Part shown: positions 35,436 through 44,578 of the stretch, piece after piece | How positions within the stretch are numbered: position 1 is the first letter of the stretch | How the letters are laid out: the number at the start of each line of letters is the position of its first letter | Source of the DNA: Candidatus Peribacteria bacterium | GTDB lineage: Bacteria > Patescibacteriota > Gracilibacteria > Peribacterales > Peribacteraceae | Length of the DNA stretch: 64,000 nucleotides | NCBI GenBank assembly: GCA_003483925.1 | Contig: DMXL01000004.1 | Coordinates: forward strand, 8,242 to 72,241 | Reading direction: 5' to 3' | The notes under the pieces: generated by a model | The model's input: only the letters and a program-made list of their open reading frames with translations | Told to the model about the DNA's origin: nothing | Databases searched by the model: none | Made by a program: the position numbers and the translations under genes

Positions 35436-36092
35436 TTATGGTTTCCGCTGCCGGTACAGCACGTACGAATACACGACCGGCACCACGACGACTGCGGTGA
35501 TGACCGCGATGAAGACGGGGATCTCGTATTTCCAGATCGCCGCTTCGGCCATGAAGGCGAGGCCGCCCAAAACGAACATCCAGCCGCCGAAGCGCTGGCT
35601 CCGGCTCCAGACTTCCGGATCGGAGAGACTCCACGGCGTGCGCAGTCCCACGAAGAAATTCTGCCGGATCTTGCCCATGTAGTTGCCGATGACGACGAAG
35701 AGCGCGCCCACGCCCAAGAGGATGAAGCGGCCGACCAGGGCTGAGGCTTCGGGGTGGATCGAGGCGTAGAGCTGCACGGCGAAGATGTAGGCCATCATCG
35801 CGATCATGGCGATCTGGATGATCTCCCACGTTCGGGCGAAGAGCGGGTAGTTCTCCTGTTTGGGGTCCAGGCGGCTGAAGATGGGAAAGAGGATCGTCAT
35901 GAGGAGCGTGAGACCCGGGAGCAGCCACGTGCCGTAGGCTTTCGGCATCCAGCCGTCCGGCTGCCCGCTTACTCCCCAGTGTGTGGTGATGATGTCCGGG
36001 AGCTTCGGGTAGAGGAGTGCCCCGGCCAGGAACATGCCGGCGACGATGAGGATTTTCACCCACAGGAGGGTTCGGGAGGAATGCGTGTCCAT
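35436..36092 (-). CDS. SdpI/YfhL-type membrane protein (DUF1648 + SdpI)
   Basis: HWGVSGQPDGWMPK is the DUF1648 block. NFFVGLRTPWSLSDPEVWSRSQR is the SdpI motif. Confidence 0.75.
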   Translation of the reverse strand: MDTHSSRTLLWVKILIVAGMFLAGALLYPKLPDIITTHWGVSGQPDGWMPKAYGTWLLPGLTLLMTILFPIFSRLDPKQENYPLFARTWEIIQIAMIAMMAYIFAVQLYASIHPEASALVGRFILLGVGALFVVIGNYMGKIRQNFFVGLRTPWSLSDPEVWSRSQRFGGWMFVLGGLAFMAEAAIWKYEIPVFIAVITAVVVVPVVYSYVLYRQRKP

Positions 36093-36094
36093 GG

Positions 36095-36352
36095 TCAGCG
36101 GGAGAAGAGGGAGTAGAAGGATTGCAGAACGTCCTCGAAGACGGAGGTATTGAGGGAGTAGAAGATGAACTGCCCCCGGCGCTCGGTGATCACGAGGTTG
36201 GCGCGCTTGAGGGTATCGAGGTGGTGGCTCAAGGTCGCTCCCGTGAAGGGGAAGTGCTTCTGGATCTCGGTCACGGAGAGATCCCGCTTCTTAAGGAGCG
36301 TGAGGATTTTCCGCCGATGCGGGTCCGAGAGGGCTTTGAAGACCGAGTCCAT
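36095..36352 (-). CDS. ArsR/SdpR-family HTH repressor
   Basis: FKALSDPHRRKILTLLKKRDLSVTEIQKHFPFTGATLSHHLDTLKRANLV. It lies 2 nt upstream of the SdpI-like gene. Confidence 0.85.
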   Translation of the reverse strand: MDSVFKALSDPHRRKILTLLKKRDLSVTEIQKHFPFTGATLSHHLDTLKRANLVITERRGQFIFYSLNTSVFEDVLQSFYSLFSR

Positions 36353-36412
36353 GGTGAGATAATTAGATAACTATCTAAATACTAAAGGATCATGCATCGG
36401 GAGTCAAGAGTG

Positions 36413-36534
36413 CCCAGGTGTCATGGTGAGGTGCGAGCGGCGTGCATGGATTCGTGGCTTTTTACTGCGGTAAAAAGCACCTCACCAACTTGTCCTGAGC
36501 TTGACGAAGGACGCCGCGCCACGAACCACGACCT
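36413..36534 (+). repeat. About 124-bp structured repeat (copy 2 of 2)
   Basis: See 27825-27948. Confidence 0.85.
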
Positions 36535-36742
36535 ATGCCCACCGCCAATTTGCCGCCCTTCGTCTCCGCTCAGGGTGACACATTGGCGGTTTTTCAGAGG
36601 TTCCTTGAGATTTTGAGAAAAGTAGCACCAGCGAAATATAGATAATGCGCGAAGCGTGGGTCTCGCGGGCCCCACGCTGGAGCGCCTCCTCAAAGGGAAA
36701 GAGAGCTCATGAGAGGAAACCGTCAAGGTTTCCTCTCATGCA

Positions 36743-37969
36743 TTACTCATACCTCAGTGCCTCAATGGGCTTAAGCTTTGCCGCTTTCCACGCCGGCAGC
36801 ATGCCGAAGAAGATGCCCACGCCCACGGAGAAGGCGAAGGCGAGGAACACCGAGGAGAAGGCGATGGAGGCATCGAAGGAGAAGTACGTGCTCACGATCC
36901 ACGAGCCGATCCAGCTCACGAGCGTTCCGATGGCGCCGCCGAGTACGCTTAAGACCGTGGACTCCACGAGGAACTGCAGCAGGATGTCGCGCTTCTTCGC
37001 TCCGATGGCCTTGCGGATGCCGATCTCGCGCGTGCGCTCCGTGACGGAGACGAGCATGATGTTCATCACGCCGATTCCTCCGACGAGGAGCGAAATGGCG
37101 GCGATCCCGCCGAGGAGCATCGTGAATGTTCCCGTGATGGAAGTGAGCGTCTGCACGATGTCGGCCTGGTTCAAGACCGAGAAGTCCTGCTTGGATGTAT
37201 CCGTGATGCCGTGCTCGTTCAAGAGGACGGCGGTGATCACCTGTTGCACGTAGTCCATCTCGTCCTGATTCTTCACGGACACGCTGATGGAGCTTAAGGT
37301 GTCTTTCCCCGTGACCCGCTGCTGCATGGTGGTCAGAGGGATGATGATCATGTCGTCGCGGTTCGTCGCTCCCTGTCCGCCCTTTGCTTCCATGACGCCG
37401 ATGACGGTGAAGAGGTTATTCCCTATGCGGATGCTCTCGCCCAGCGGATCGGGCGTATCGGGGAAAAGCGTCGAAAGCGTCTCCGATCCCAGCACGGCCA
37501 CTTTGTCCATGTTCGTCAGGTTGTCTGGCGTGATGAAACTGCCGAAATCCACGGAGGCGTTGCGGACGGAGAGGTACGAGGGGGTGGTCCCGATCACGCT
37601 CGTATTCGTATTTTGACTGCCGTAGATCACCTGCTGGCGGCTCGAGAGCTCGGGCTCGATGCCGCTTAAGAATGCGGAGACATTCTTCTCCAGTGCGTCG
37701 GCGTCCGTGGCTTTCAGCGTGGCGGTCGTCGACCCCCCGCCGCCGAAGCGGACATTCGTCCGGTTGGGGCTGCCGGGGGAGATGGAGAGGAGGTTGGTGC
37801 CGAGATTCTGGATCTGGGAGGTGATGCTGCGCTGCGATCCCTGGCCGATGGCCACCAGCAGCACCACGGACGCCACGCCGATGACGATGCCGAGCATTGT
37901 GAGGCCGGAGCGCATCTTGTTGCTCCCGATGGCTCCGAGCGCGTTGAGGACATTCTCGAGGATATTCAT
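36743..37969 (-). CDS. ABC transporter permease, MacB/FtsX type
   Basis: One N-terminal TM span, a periplasmic domain, then three C-terminal TM spans containing ERTREIGIRKAIGAKKRDIL. Confidence 0.85.
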   Translation of the reverse strand: MNILENVLNALGAIGSNKMRSGLTMLGIVIGVASVVLLVAIGQGSQRSITSQIQNLGTNLLSISPGSPNRTNVRFGGGGSTTATLKATDADALEKNVSAFLSGIEPELSSRQQVIYGSQNTNTSVIGTTPSYLSVRNASVDFGSFITPDNLTNMDKVAVLGSETLSTLFPDTPDPLGESIRIGNNLFTVIGVMEAKGGQGATNRDDMIIIPLTTMQQRVTGKDTLSSISVSVKNQDEMDYVQQVITAVLLNEHGITDTSKQDFSVLNQADIVQTLTSITGTFTMLLGGIAAISLLVGGIGVMNIMLVSVTERTREIGIRKAIGAKKRDILLQFLVESTVLSVLGGAIGTLVSWIGSWIVSTYFSFDASIAFSSVFLAFAFSVGVGIFFGMLPAWKAAKLKPIEALRYE

Positions 37970-38637
37970 TGTTTCTTGGTGAGGATGAGGCCGTCTTGAA
38001 TGGAGATGGTGCGGTGGGCGAAGGTGGCGACTCTCGGCTCATGCGTCACCATGACGATGGTCTTTCCCTGCTTATTGAGATTGGTGAGGATATCCATCAC
38101 CTCGTGGCCCGTCTGCGTGTCGAGGGCGCCCGTCGGCTCATCGGCGAGAATGATCGCGGGATCGGTGACGAGCGCACGCGCGATGGCGACGCGCTGTTGC
38201 TGGCCGCCGGAGAGCTCGGAGGGGTTGTGGGAGATCCGCTCGGAGAGACCGACCGTGTGCAAAGCTTGGCGTGCGCGCTCCTCCGTCTGTGTGCGGTGGA
38301 TGCCTTGGTACAGCAGCGGTTGCATCACCTGGCGCAGGGCGTCCATGCGCGGGAGCAGATTGAACGCCTGGAAGACGAAGCCGATGCGCTTCGATCGCAC
38401 GTCCGCCTGGGCGTTCTCATCGAGGCTCCCCACCTCTGCGTTCTCGAGCAGGTACGAGCCGCTCGAGGGCGTATCGAGCAGTCCGATGATGTTCATGAGG
38501 GTGGATTTGCCCGATCCCGACGGCCCCATGATGGCGACGAATTCCCCCCGATTGATCGTGAGCGAGATGCCCTTGAGCACGACGAGCTGGTCGTGACCGA
38601 GAGGATAGGCCTTGATGATGTTCGTCAGGGTAATCAT
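37966..38637 (-). CDS. ABC transporter ATP-binding protein (MacB/LolD-like)
   Basis: Walker [10 protein letters not shown], signature [15 protein letters not shown] and Walker [13 protein letters not shown] 4-nt overlap links it to the permease gene. Confidence 0.92.
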   Translation of the reverse strand: MITLTNIIKAYPLGHDQLVVLKGISLTINRGEFVAIMGPSGSGKSTLMNIIGLLDTPSSGSYLLENAEVGSLDENAQADVRSKRIGFVFQAFNLLPRMDALRQVMQPLLYQGIHRTQTEERARQALHTVGLSERISHNPSELSGGQQQRVAIARALVTDPAIILADEPTGALDTQTGHEVMDILTNLNKQGKTIVMVTHEPRVATFAHRTISIQDGLILTKKQ

Positions 38638-38651
38638 GGTATGCGTCGGGT

Positions 38652-40589
38652 TTAGCGCGGGGGGCCGCCCGTATCGCCCCCCAAGCCGCCGAGCCCTCGC
38701 ATGATCTGCTGCGTGGTGGCGGAGCTGGATTGGCCGGTTGCGACATTGACGGAGAGGATGGAGTCTCCTTCGCTCAAGCCGGAGAGGATTTCGGTGAAGC
38801 GGCCGTCCGTGACGCCTGTCAGCACCTCCACGGTCTCGCCGGAGGCTTTCTGGACGGTCGTCGCGTTCTCCTCATGCTTGAGGGCGAGATTGGGCACGAT
38901 GAGGACGTTCTCCCGGCGATCCGTCACGATCTGGACGGTCGCGGTCATGCCCGAGAGGATCGTGAGGCCCTCGGGAGTCGGCAGCTTCACTTCCACGTCG
39001 TAGGACACCACGCCGGACTGCTCGATGGCGGTCGGATTGATCTCATCGACGGTGCCGACGAACGTCTTTCCGGGGAGGGCGTCCAAGGCGATCGATCCGG
39101 ACATGCCCTTGCGGACGCGCACCACGTCCACCTGATCGAGTGGGACGGTGATGATGAGGAAGGCGGGATTCTCGATGACGATGTACTTGCTCTCGGTCGT
39201 GTCGGCCAACAGGTTGTCGCCGACTTGGAAATCCACGCGGCGGATGATGCCGTCGAACGGTGCTTTGAGCTGGTAGTCCTCGAGCGTCTTGCGGGTCTTG
39301 GAGAGAGCGGCGGACTTCTGGCCGATGTCGTTGAGCTTCAGGCGGATCTGGATGTCCGTTCCCGTGGTCGTGTTGTCGAAAGCCTGCTGTTTCGAAGCCA
39401 GCGTGCCGGGGTTCTGCGTCTGGAGGACCTTGAGATTCTCCTCTGCGGTCTTGAGAGCGTTTTCCGCCGTGATCACGGCGTCTTGCTTGGTTTTGAGGGT
39501 GACGGAGGGGATGCCTCCGTCTTCCGATGCGGCGGCGAGGTTGGCCTGCGCGGTCTCCGCTTCATTGATGAGATCGGCCGCCGTGGAGCGGTTGGAGCTG
39601 ACCGTCGTGCGCAGGGTCGTGAGGTCCGAAACCATGAAATCGGTGGTCCCCGTCGTCGCGCCTCGCAGGAGATCGTACGTGTTTTCACTGAGCGTATAGA
39701 TGTTGCTCGCGAGCTCCTGGGCATCGGACAGCGCTTGCATGAGGATGGCGGAATTACGCTGGATGGCGATGGTATCGCCGAACTGCTCACGCATCGTCAT
39801 CGCGGCGTTCACGGCATTGAGGTACGCCGTCTCAACGGATTGCTTGATGGCGTAATCATTGAAGAGCAACGGATCGATCTCAAGGTCGTAGTTGCCTTGC
39901 GAAGGGCGGGCGGATGTATCGCGCGTGAGGACACCGTAGAACGAATCGAGGAGCTTCTCCGAAGAGGTGAGCACGCTCTGCACGGTATTCCCCAGATTTT
40001 GCAGCTCCGTGGTGCGTTGCTTCTCCAAGTCCAGCTTCGATGCTTCGAGGGCCGTCTGCTTCTCCGAGACGCTCCGTGCGGCGGCATCGATGTCGGAAGG
40101 GAGTTTCTGCTGGGATGTGGCGAGATCGTTCTTCGCATCGAGGACCGTCTTCTCATTATCGTTGCGTAGCTGCTCCAGCTGCAGGGAGGAGGCGGCGATG
40201 GCCAGCTCGGCCTGCCGGATGTCGGAGAGAATCGAGGTCTTGTCCAGTTCGGCGATGATCTGCCCCTTCTTCACGATGTCACCTTCTTGGATGTTCACTT
40301 TGGCGACGGTGCCACGCTGATTGAAACGCATCTGTTGCTCATTGACGAAGGTGACGGACCCCGTGGCTTTCACGGAGGAGACGATGGATCCGCGTTCGAC
40401 GGTCGTCATGCTTTGCACCGTGGTCGTCGTCGTGGAGCTCTCTGTGAAGAAGAAGTAGTAGATGCCCCCTCCGAAGACGAGGCACACGCCGATTCCCCAG
40501 AGGTAACTGCGAAGCGACGTTCCGCTGAAGAAAGTTTTCCACCGTTTCAGCACGGCGAAGCGTTCAAGAAGGAGAGGGGAGGTGATCAT
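38652..40589 (-). CDS. HlyD/MacA-type periplasmic adaptor with extended coiled coil
   Basis: An N-terminal anchor is followed by the lipoyl-like block VNIQEGDIVKKGQIIAELD, a very long coiled coil, and beta-barrel blocks (APFDGIIRRVDFQVGD). The start ATGA overlaps the upstream stop. Confidence 0.8.
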   Translation of the reverse strand: MITSPLLLERFAVLKRWKTFFSGTSLRSYLWGIGVCLVFGGGIYYFFFTESSTTTTTVQSMTTVERGSIVSSVKATGSVTFVNEQQMRFNQRGTVAKVNIQEGDIVKKGQIIAELDKTSILSDIRQAELAIAASSLQLEQLRNDNEKTVLDAKNDLATSQQKLPSDIDAAARSVSEKQTALEASKLDLEKQRTTELQNLGNTVQSVLTSSEKLLDSFYGVLTRDTSARPSQGNYDLEIDPLLFNDYAIKQSVETAYLNAVNAAMTMREQFGDTIAIQRNSAILMQALSDAQELASNIYTLSENTYDLLRGATTGTTDFMVSDLTTLRTTVSSNRSTAADLINEAETAQANLAAASEDGGIPSVTLKTKQDAVITAENALKTAEENLKVLQTQNPGTLASKQQAFDNTTTGTDIQIRLKLNDIGQKSAALSKTRKTLEDYQLKAPFDGIIRRVDFQVGDNLLADTTESKYIVIENPAFLIITVPLDQVDVVRVRKGMSGSIALDALPGKTFVGTVDEINPTAIEQSGVVSYDVEVKLPTPEGLTILSGMTATVQIVTDRRENVLIVPNLALKHEENATTVQKASGETVEVLTGVTDGRFTEILSGLSEGDSILSVNVATGQSSSATTQQIMRGLGGLGGDTGGPPR

Positions 40590-40978
40590 GGCTGAGCGGG
40601 AAGAGAGGAGGCTGAAGAATGGCTGGAAGATTGATCGGACTTCGCGGGGGGAAACGCACCGCTTCCCGTTTCGCTGTCTCGACCCCACCCGCGGTCCGGG
40701 AAAGCGATGCCGCGCTCGGCGGAGATATCCCGGATGGTCTTGCCGCTGCCGAGGGCCGCGCGCAGTTCATCTTCCGTCATATGGAGTCTCTGTGCCATGC
40801 GCGAGAAATTCATCCCCTGCCCATCACCCTGTCGTTGCTGGAGAGTGCCACCATTCATTCCTGTTCGGGGAAACGGACGGGCAGGACCGAAGAAGCGCAG
40901 GCCGCCGATCACGAGAACGAGGACGAGGGCCCCGGAGAGGACGCCGATACCGAACGAGACAGGTTGGAACTTTTTCAT
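40586..40978 (-). CDS. Small membrane-anchored protein with MTEDEL-AAL-SGxTI module
   Basis: TM anchor GIGVLSGALVLVLVIGGL. The C-terminal module LHMTEDELRAALGSGKTIRDISAERGIAFP is paralogous to the C-terminus of the 50792-51502 product. Confidence 0.6.
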   Translation of the reverse strand: MKKFQPVSFGIGVLSGALVLVLVIGGLRFFGPARPFPRTGMNGGTLQQRQGDGQGMNFSRMAQRLHMTEDELRAALGSGKTIRDISAERGIAFPDRGWGRDSETGSGAFPPAKSDQSSSHSSASSLPAQP

Positions 40979-41019
40979 GAAAAGAGGGGGGAACTGCCTC
41001 TCAGTCTAGAGGAGTGATA

Positions 41020-41037
41020 TTAAGGGTGGATTAAGGC
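41020..41037 (-). promoter_or_regulatory. Direct repeat CCTTAAT-N4-CCTTAAT (candidate response-regulator site), oriented toward the efflux operon
   Basis: The plus strand reads ATTAAGGgtggATTAAGG with 11-bp spacing, about 45 nt upstream of the 40978 start. Confidence 0.4.
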
Positions 41038-41072
41038 ATTGCCCAGGCCAGAGGGACAGAGAATTCGTGAGA

Positions 41073-41091
41073 TTCTTAACCCATTCTTAAT
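41073..41091 (+). promoter_or_regulatory. Direct repeat ATTCTTAA-N3-ATTCTTAA (candidate response-regulator site), oriented toward the regulator gene
   Basis: 11-bp spacing. It ends 43 nt before the ATG at 41134. Confidence 0.4.
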
Positions 41092-41133
41092 GGGGAGAGC
41101 CTATCATAACCCCCGCATTCTTTCGCACCCTTC

Positions 41134-41799
41134 ATGCATATCCTCCTCGTCGAAGATCAGCGGAAACTCGCGGACAACATCAAACAGTTCCTCGAGCTGG
41201 AACACTACGTCGTAACCGTCGCCTCCGACGGCAAGGAGGGCTTCGAGCTCGCCATGACGCAGGACGTGGATCTCATCATTCTCGACATCAATCTCCCCGG
41301 CATGGACGGGTACGTCATCTGTACGATGCTGCGGCAGAATAAGAAGAACATGCCCATCCTCATGCTCACCGCGCGCGGCAAGCAAACGGAGATCATCCAC
41401 GGGCTGAATATCGGCGCGGACGACTACCTCCCCAAGCCCTTCGATCTTTCCGAGCTTCTGGCGCGTGTGAAGGCGCTCTTGCGGCGCAACAGTATCGAGA
41501 AGGCTCCCGTGCTCATCGCAGGGGACATCACCCTCGATACCAATACGCAGGAGGTTCGCAGGGGCGCGGACAAGGTCGCGCTCTCTCCCAAGGAGTATGC
41601 GCTCTTCGAATTCCTGCTCCGCAACAAAGGCGCCGTGCAGGATCGGCCGCGCATCCTCGATCACGTCTGGGGCGGACGGGACGATCTGATGTTCTCCCAG
41701 ACCGTCGACGTGCATATCGCTTACCTGCGGCGCAAGCTCGGCAAAGGGGCGGTGCGGACGGTCCCCGGGAAGGGGTATCTTGTGCCAGACTCCGCGTAG
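41134..41799 (+). CDS. OmpR/PhoB-family response regulator
   Basis: Receiver block ILLVEDQ...DLIILDINLPGMDG. The winged-helix output block is LSPKEYALFEFLLRNKGAVQDRPRILDHVWG. Confidence 0.92.
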   Translation: MHILLVEDQRKLADNIKQFLELEHYVVTVASDGKEGFELAMTQDVDLIILDINLPGMDGYVICTMLRQNKKNMPILMLTARGKQTEIIHGLNIGADDYLPKPFDLSELLARVKALLRRNSIEKAPVLIAGDITLDTNTQEVRRGADKVALSPKEYALFEFLLRNKGAVQDRPRILDHVWGGRDDLMFSQTVDVHIAYLRRKLGKGAVRTVPGKGYLVPDSA

Positions 41800-41918
41800 C
41801 GGAGTCTGCCCATCAGCCTTCGCTCCTCTTAGGAGCTTCGGCCGACAGGCCACGCTACGTCCGGCAGGCCTGCCTCCTCTCCCCCCTCGCCATGTTTCAT
41901 CTTCTTGCCTCTCGATAG

Positions 41919-43100
41919 ATGTTCAAGCGCATCAGCCGCATCATCGCGCTTCAGTTCACTGCATTCATCTTCGTTCTGCTGCTCTTAAACGGCTTCCTCT
42001 TCCTCGCGGCGGATCTGGGCAATGAGCAGCGGCAGATGCGCTTCCGCCTCGAACGAATGGCGGAGGGCATCGCCGGCCGCTTCGAAATAGGAGTTTCTCC
42101 TCTCATGCCCCGGGAGGTGCCGCCGGGCATGCGTGATCGAGTGCAAATTCTCGACGCAGAGGGCGATGTGCTCTTCGGCAGTTCCCTCTTCGGTGACATT
42201 CCCTTCGAGAAGAGGCAGGGGTTTGCCGAGTTCTCGATTCAGGGAGAGCAGTACGCCGTCCTCACGGAACCGATTGTTCGCTCGGGGCGTACGGTGGGAT
42301 ATGCACAAGTCGCGGATGTCATCCGTTTCCAGATGGACGATCTTCCTCTGCGTGTCCTGCTGTACCTCATCTTAAGTGTTTCGATTTCGACGCTCATCTA
42401 CTTGGTGGCACTTGCCTTTGCCAAGCGCAGCCTCAAGCCCGCCGAGGAAATGGTCGAACGCCTCGAACAATTCACGCAGGATGCGAGCCATGAGTTGCGC
42501 ACGCCGCTCGCGACCTTGAGCTCTTCCCTCGATCTCGCGCTGCATAACGGCAAGCATCGCGAAGGTATCCTCTCGGCCAAGGATGACCTGAAGCAGGCGG
42601 AAGTGCTCGTGGAACGGCTCCTCGAGCTGGCGCGGCTCGACAAGTTTCTCCTCGAAACGTCTTCGGTGGATCTCTCGACGATGGTGGAGGAAGCCGTCGA
42701 GCGGCACCGCGCGTTCGCAGCCGAGAAGCACATCACGCTCGATGCGTCGATCGCGGCGAAGGTGAAGGTGAAGGGGGATGCGGCGCTGCTTCGGCAAGTG
42801 GTGAGTAATCTCCTCGCCAATGCGATCAAGTTCTCCAAGCCTGCAGGCGGCACGATCACCGTCACGCTCACGAAGACGGCGCTCACCATCGCCGACACGG
42901 GGATCGGCATTGCCAAGGATATTCTGCCGCGCGTCTTCGATCGCTTCTTCCAGGCGGATGAATCGCGGGCGCGGGGGGGATTTGGTCTTGGGCTCGCGTT
43001 GGTCAAGCGCATCGTGGAGCTGCATGGCTGGACGATCGTTGTCTCGAGTACGAAGGGGAAGGGGACGGCATTCCGGATTGACATCACGTCACAGTCTTGA
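41919..43100 (+). CDS. Sensor histidine kinase
   Basis: Two TM spans flank a sensor loop. The H-box is FTQDASHELRTPLATL. N and G boxes are NLLANAIKFS and DTGIGI...GGFGLGLALV. Confidence 0.9.
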   Translation: MFKRISRIIALQFTAFIFVLLLLNGFLFLAADLGNEQRQMRFRLERMAEGIAGRFEIGVSPLMPREVPPGMRDRVQILDAEGDVLFGSSLFGDIPFEKRQGFAEFSIQGEQYAVLTEPIVRSGRTVGYAQVADVIRFQMDDLPLRVLLYLILSVSISTLIYLVALAFAKRSLKPAEEMVERLEQFTQDASHELRTPLATLSSSLDLALHNGKHREGILSAKDDLKQAEVLVERLLELARLDKFLLETSSVDLSTMVEEAVERHRAFAAEKHITLDASIAAKVKVKGDAALLRQVVSNLLANAIKFSKPAGGTITVTLTKTALTIADTGIGIAKDILPRVFDRFFQADESRARGGFGLGLALVKRIVELHGWTIVVSSTKGKGTAFRIDITSQS

Positions 43101-43115
43101 GGGGGAGATAGACAT

Positions 43116-43131
43116 CTTAATCTCTCCTTAA
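43116..43131 (+). promoter_or_regulatory. CTTAA-N6-CTTAA motif copy with no obvious downstream gene
   Basis: CTTAAtctctcCTTAA lies 16 nt after the kinase stop codon. Confidence 0.25.
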
Positions 43132-43547
43132 TTTCTGCCCTTTAGAGTGCGGGCAGGTCTTTTCTCGTAGCTCTCACCTGATGAATGCGGAGGGGATCAC
43201 CAGCCTTCGCCCCGCGATGCGGGCTTCCCCCTTCGCTCCTGACGGAGCTACGGGGGGACAAGCCGGCCGGCGAGAGTGGTCATTATTCTTCTCTTGAACA
43301 GAATGGACTGTTAGGGAGATGGGCAACCACCGGCGAGAAAGCCGCCGCCATTGGATGGCGGCTCTTTCTGAGGGGGTTGCATCAGCTTGGCAACTGCTTG
43401 TGCTCCGTCTCCCGCATCTTTCCGTCCGGGGCTTCCAATTTCAACTGTCGACAAACTGTCGATGGTTCAAAGCCATCCTCTTCATGCGCTTCATGCCCCT
43501 TTCGAAACCTCTCGTAAGGACAAGACCGAATGTTTTCCGTGGAGTAC

Positions 43548-43817
43548 TCACTCTTTCAGTATATCATCGACCATCGCCTTCACGGAGCGGTATCTCTTCC
43601 CGTGCTTAAGTGCCTCTTCGCCCTCCCGGATCATCCTTCGCTCCTGTTCCACGGTGAAGCCGTTCACTGTGCGCAGAGGGAAGGGGATGCCCTGCGTGAT
43701 GACGATCTGGTGGAGGTACAGCTTGATGGCACTGCTCATATCCAGTCCGATACTCTCCAATACTTTCTGCGCATCTTTCTTGAGCTTGTTGTCGGTACGT
43801 ACTTGGATGGCGGTCAT
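43548..43817 (-). CDS. RelB/DinJ-family antitoxin-like protein (no toxin partner seen)
   Basis: IQVRTDNKLKKDAQKVLESIGLDMSSAIKLYLHQIVITQGIPF matches the DinJ ribbon-helix-helix core. Confidence 0.7.
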   Translation of the reverse strand: MTAIQVRTDNKLKKDAQKVLESIGLDMSSAIKLYLHQIVITQGIPFPLRTVNGFTVEQERRMIREGEEALKHGKRYRSVKAMVDDILKE

Positions 43818-43990
43818 GAGACAGGGGGTGAATATCTGTCACCATTGTAGTGCATTTGTAGTGATGATGTCAATACAGTATTCTTTTATCCGAGGATAGG
43901 AAGTTTAGGTGTCATGGTGAGGTGTCCTGAGCCTGACGAAGGGCCACGAATCCATACACGCCGCAATTTTATTGTCAGGCTCGGCTGGGG

Positions 43991-44524
43991 GTGTACAATC
44001 GTACAGTGAATGACATGTTAAAGAACTATCGACGGCAGTTTCTTCAGGCGAGAAGTCTGAGACAAGAGGCTCAAGAGAAGCTGAAAGATTATGAATCAGC
44101 CATGGGGAGAGCGTGGAGGGACTACGAGAAGTTGCGGAAAGAGGGCATACCATGCAAGGCGTTTGTCGAAGCGGACGGCCAATCGGAAGTGATTCAGGTT
44201 ACGCGTTGTTGTTGGAATCATGTCTTCAAACACCGTCACAAGAGAGGGACGAAGCTGGAGAAATTGGAGCGGGCCCTTTCGCTGTCTTTGGCAGTGAAAC
44301 TCTTGAATCGCACAACGACTTATCAGGAAGTGTCACGCGAAAAAGATCGCGGGGACAATACGTGGCTCTATTTCGGGATCATCGGTTATGTTCGGGGAGT
44401 GCGTATGAAAGTAATCATTCGCAAGCAAGAGAAATCCACCAATCCACAAAAAATTCTCTTCTCATTTTTCCAAATGTCTTCTGCCCCAGCAAAAACACAA
44501 CAAAAAGAAGAACTTGCTGAGTAG
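43991..44524 (+). CDS. Hypothetical protein, possibly BECR-fold RNase-like (very tentative)
   Basis: An N-terminal coiled coil is followed by VIQVTRCCWNHVFKHRHKRG...TWLYFGIIGYVRGVRMKVIIRK, a pattern reminiscent of phage/toxin barnase-EndoU-RelE-like modules. Confidence 0.45.
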   Translation: MYNRTVNDMLKNYRRQFLQARSLRQEAQEKLKDYESAMGRAWRDYEKLRKEGIPCKAFVEADGQSEVIQVTRCCWNHVFKHRHKRGTKLEKLERALSLSLAVKLLNRTTTYQEVSREKDRGDNTWLYFGIIGYVRGVRMKVIIRKQEKSTNPQKILFSFFQMSSAPAKTQQKEELAE

Positions 44525-44578
44525 CCCTGTCTTCGACTCCGCTCGCTTGCGCGTAGCTGGCCGGATCAAGGTGCTCCC

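Noticed and set aside
43371-43547. A hidden small toxin gene downstream of the RelB/DinJ gene.
   Set aside because: Hand translation of the minus strand gives only a 17-codon ORF before the hairpin at 43336-43369.
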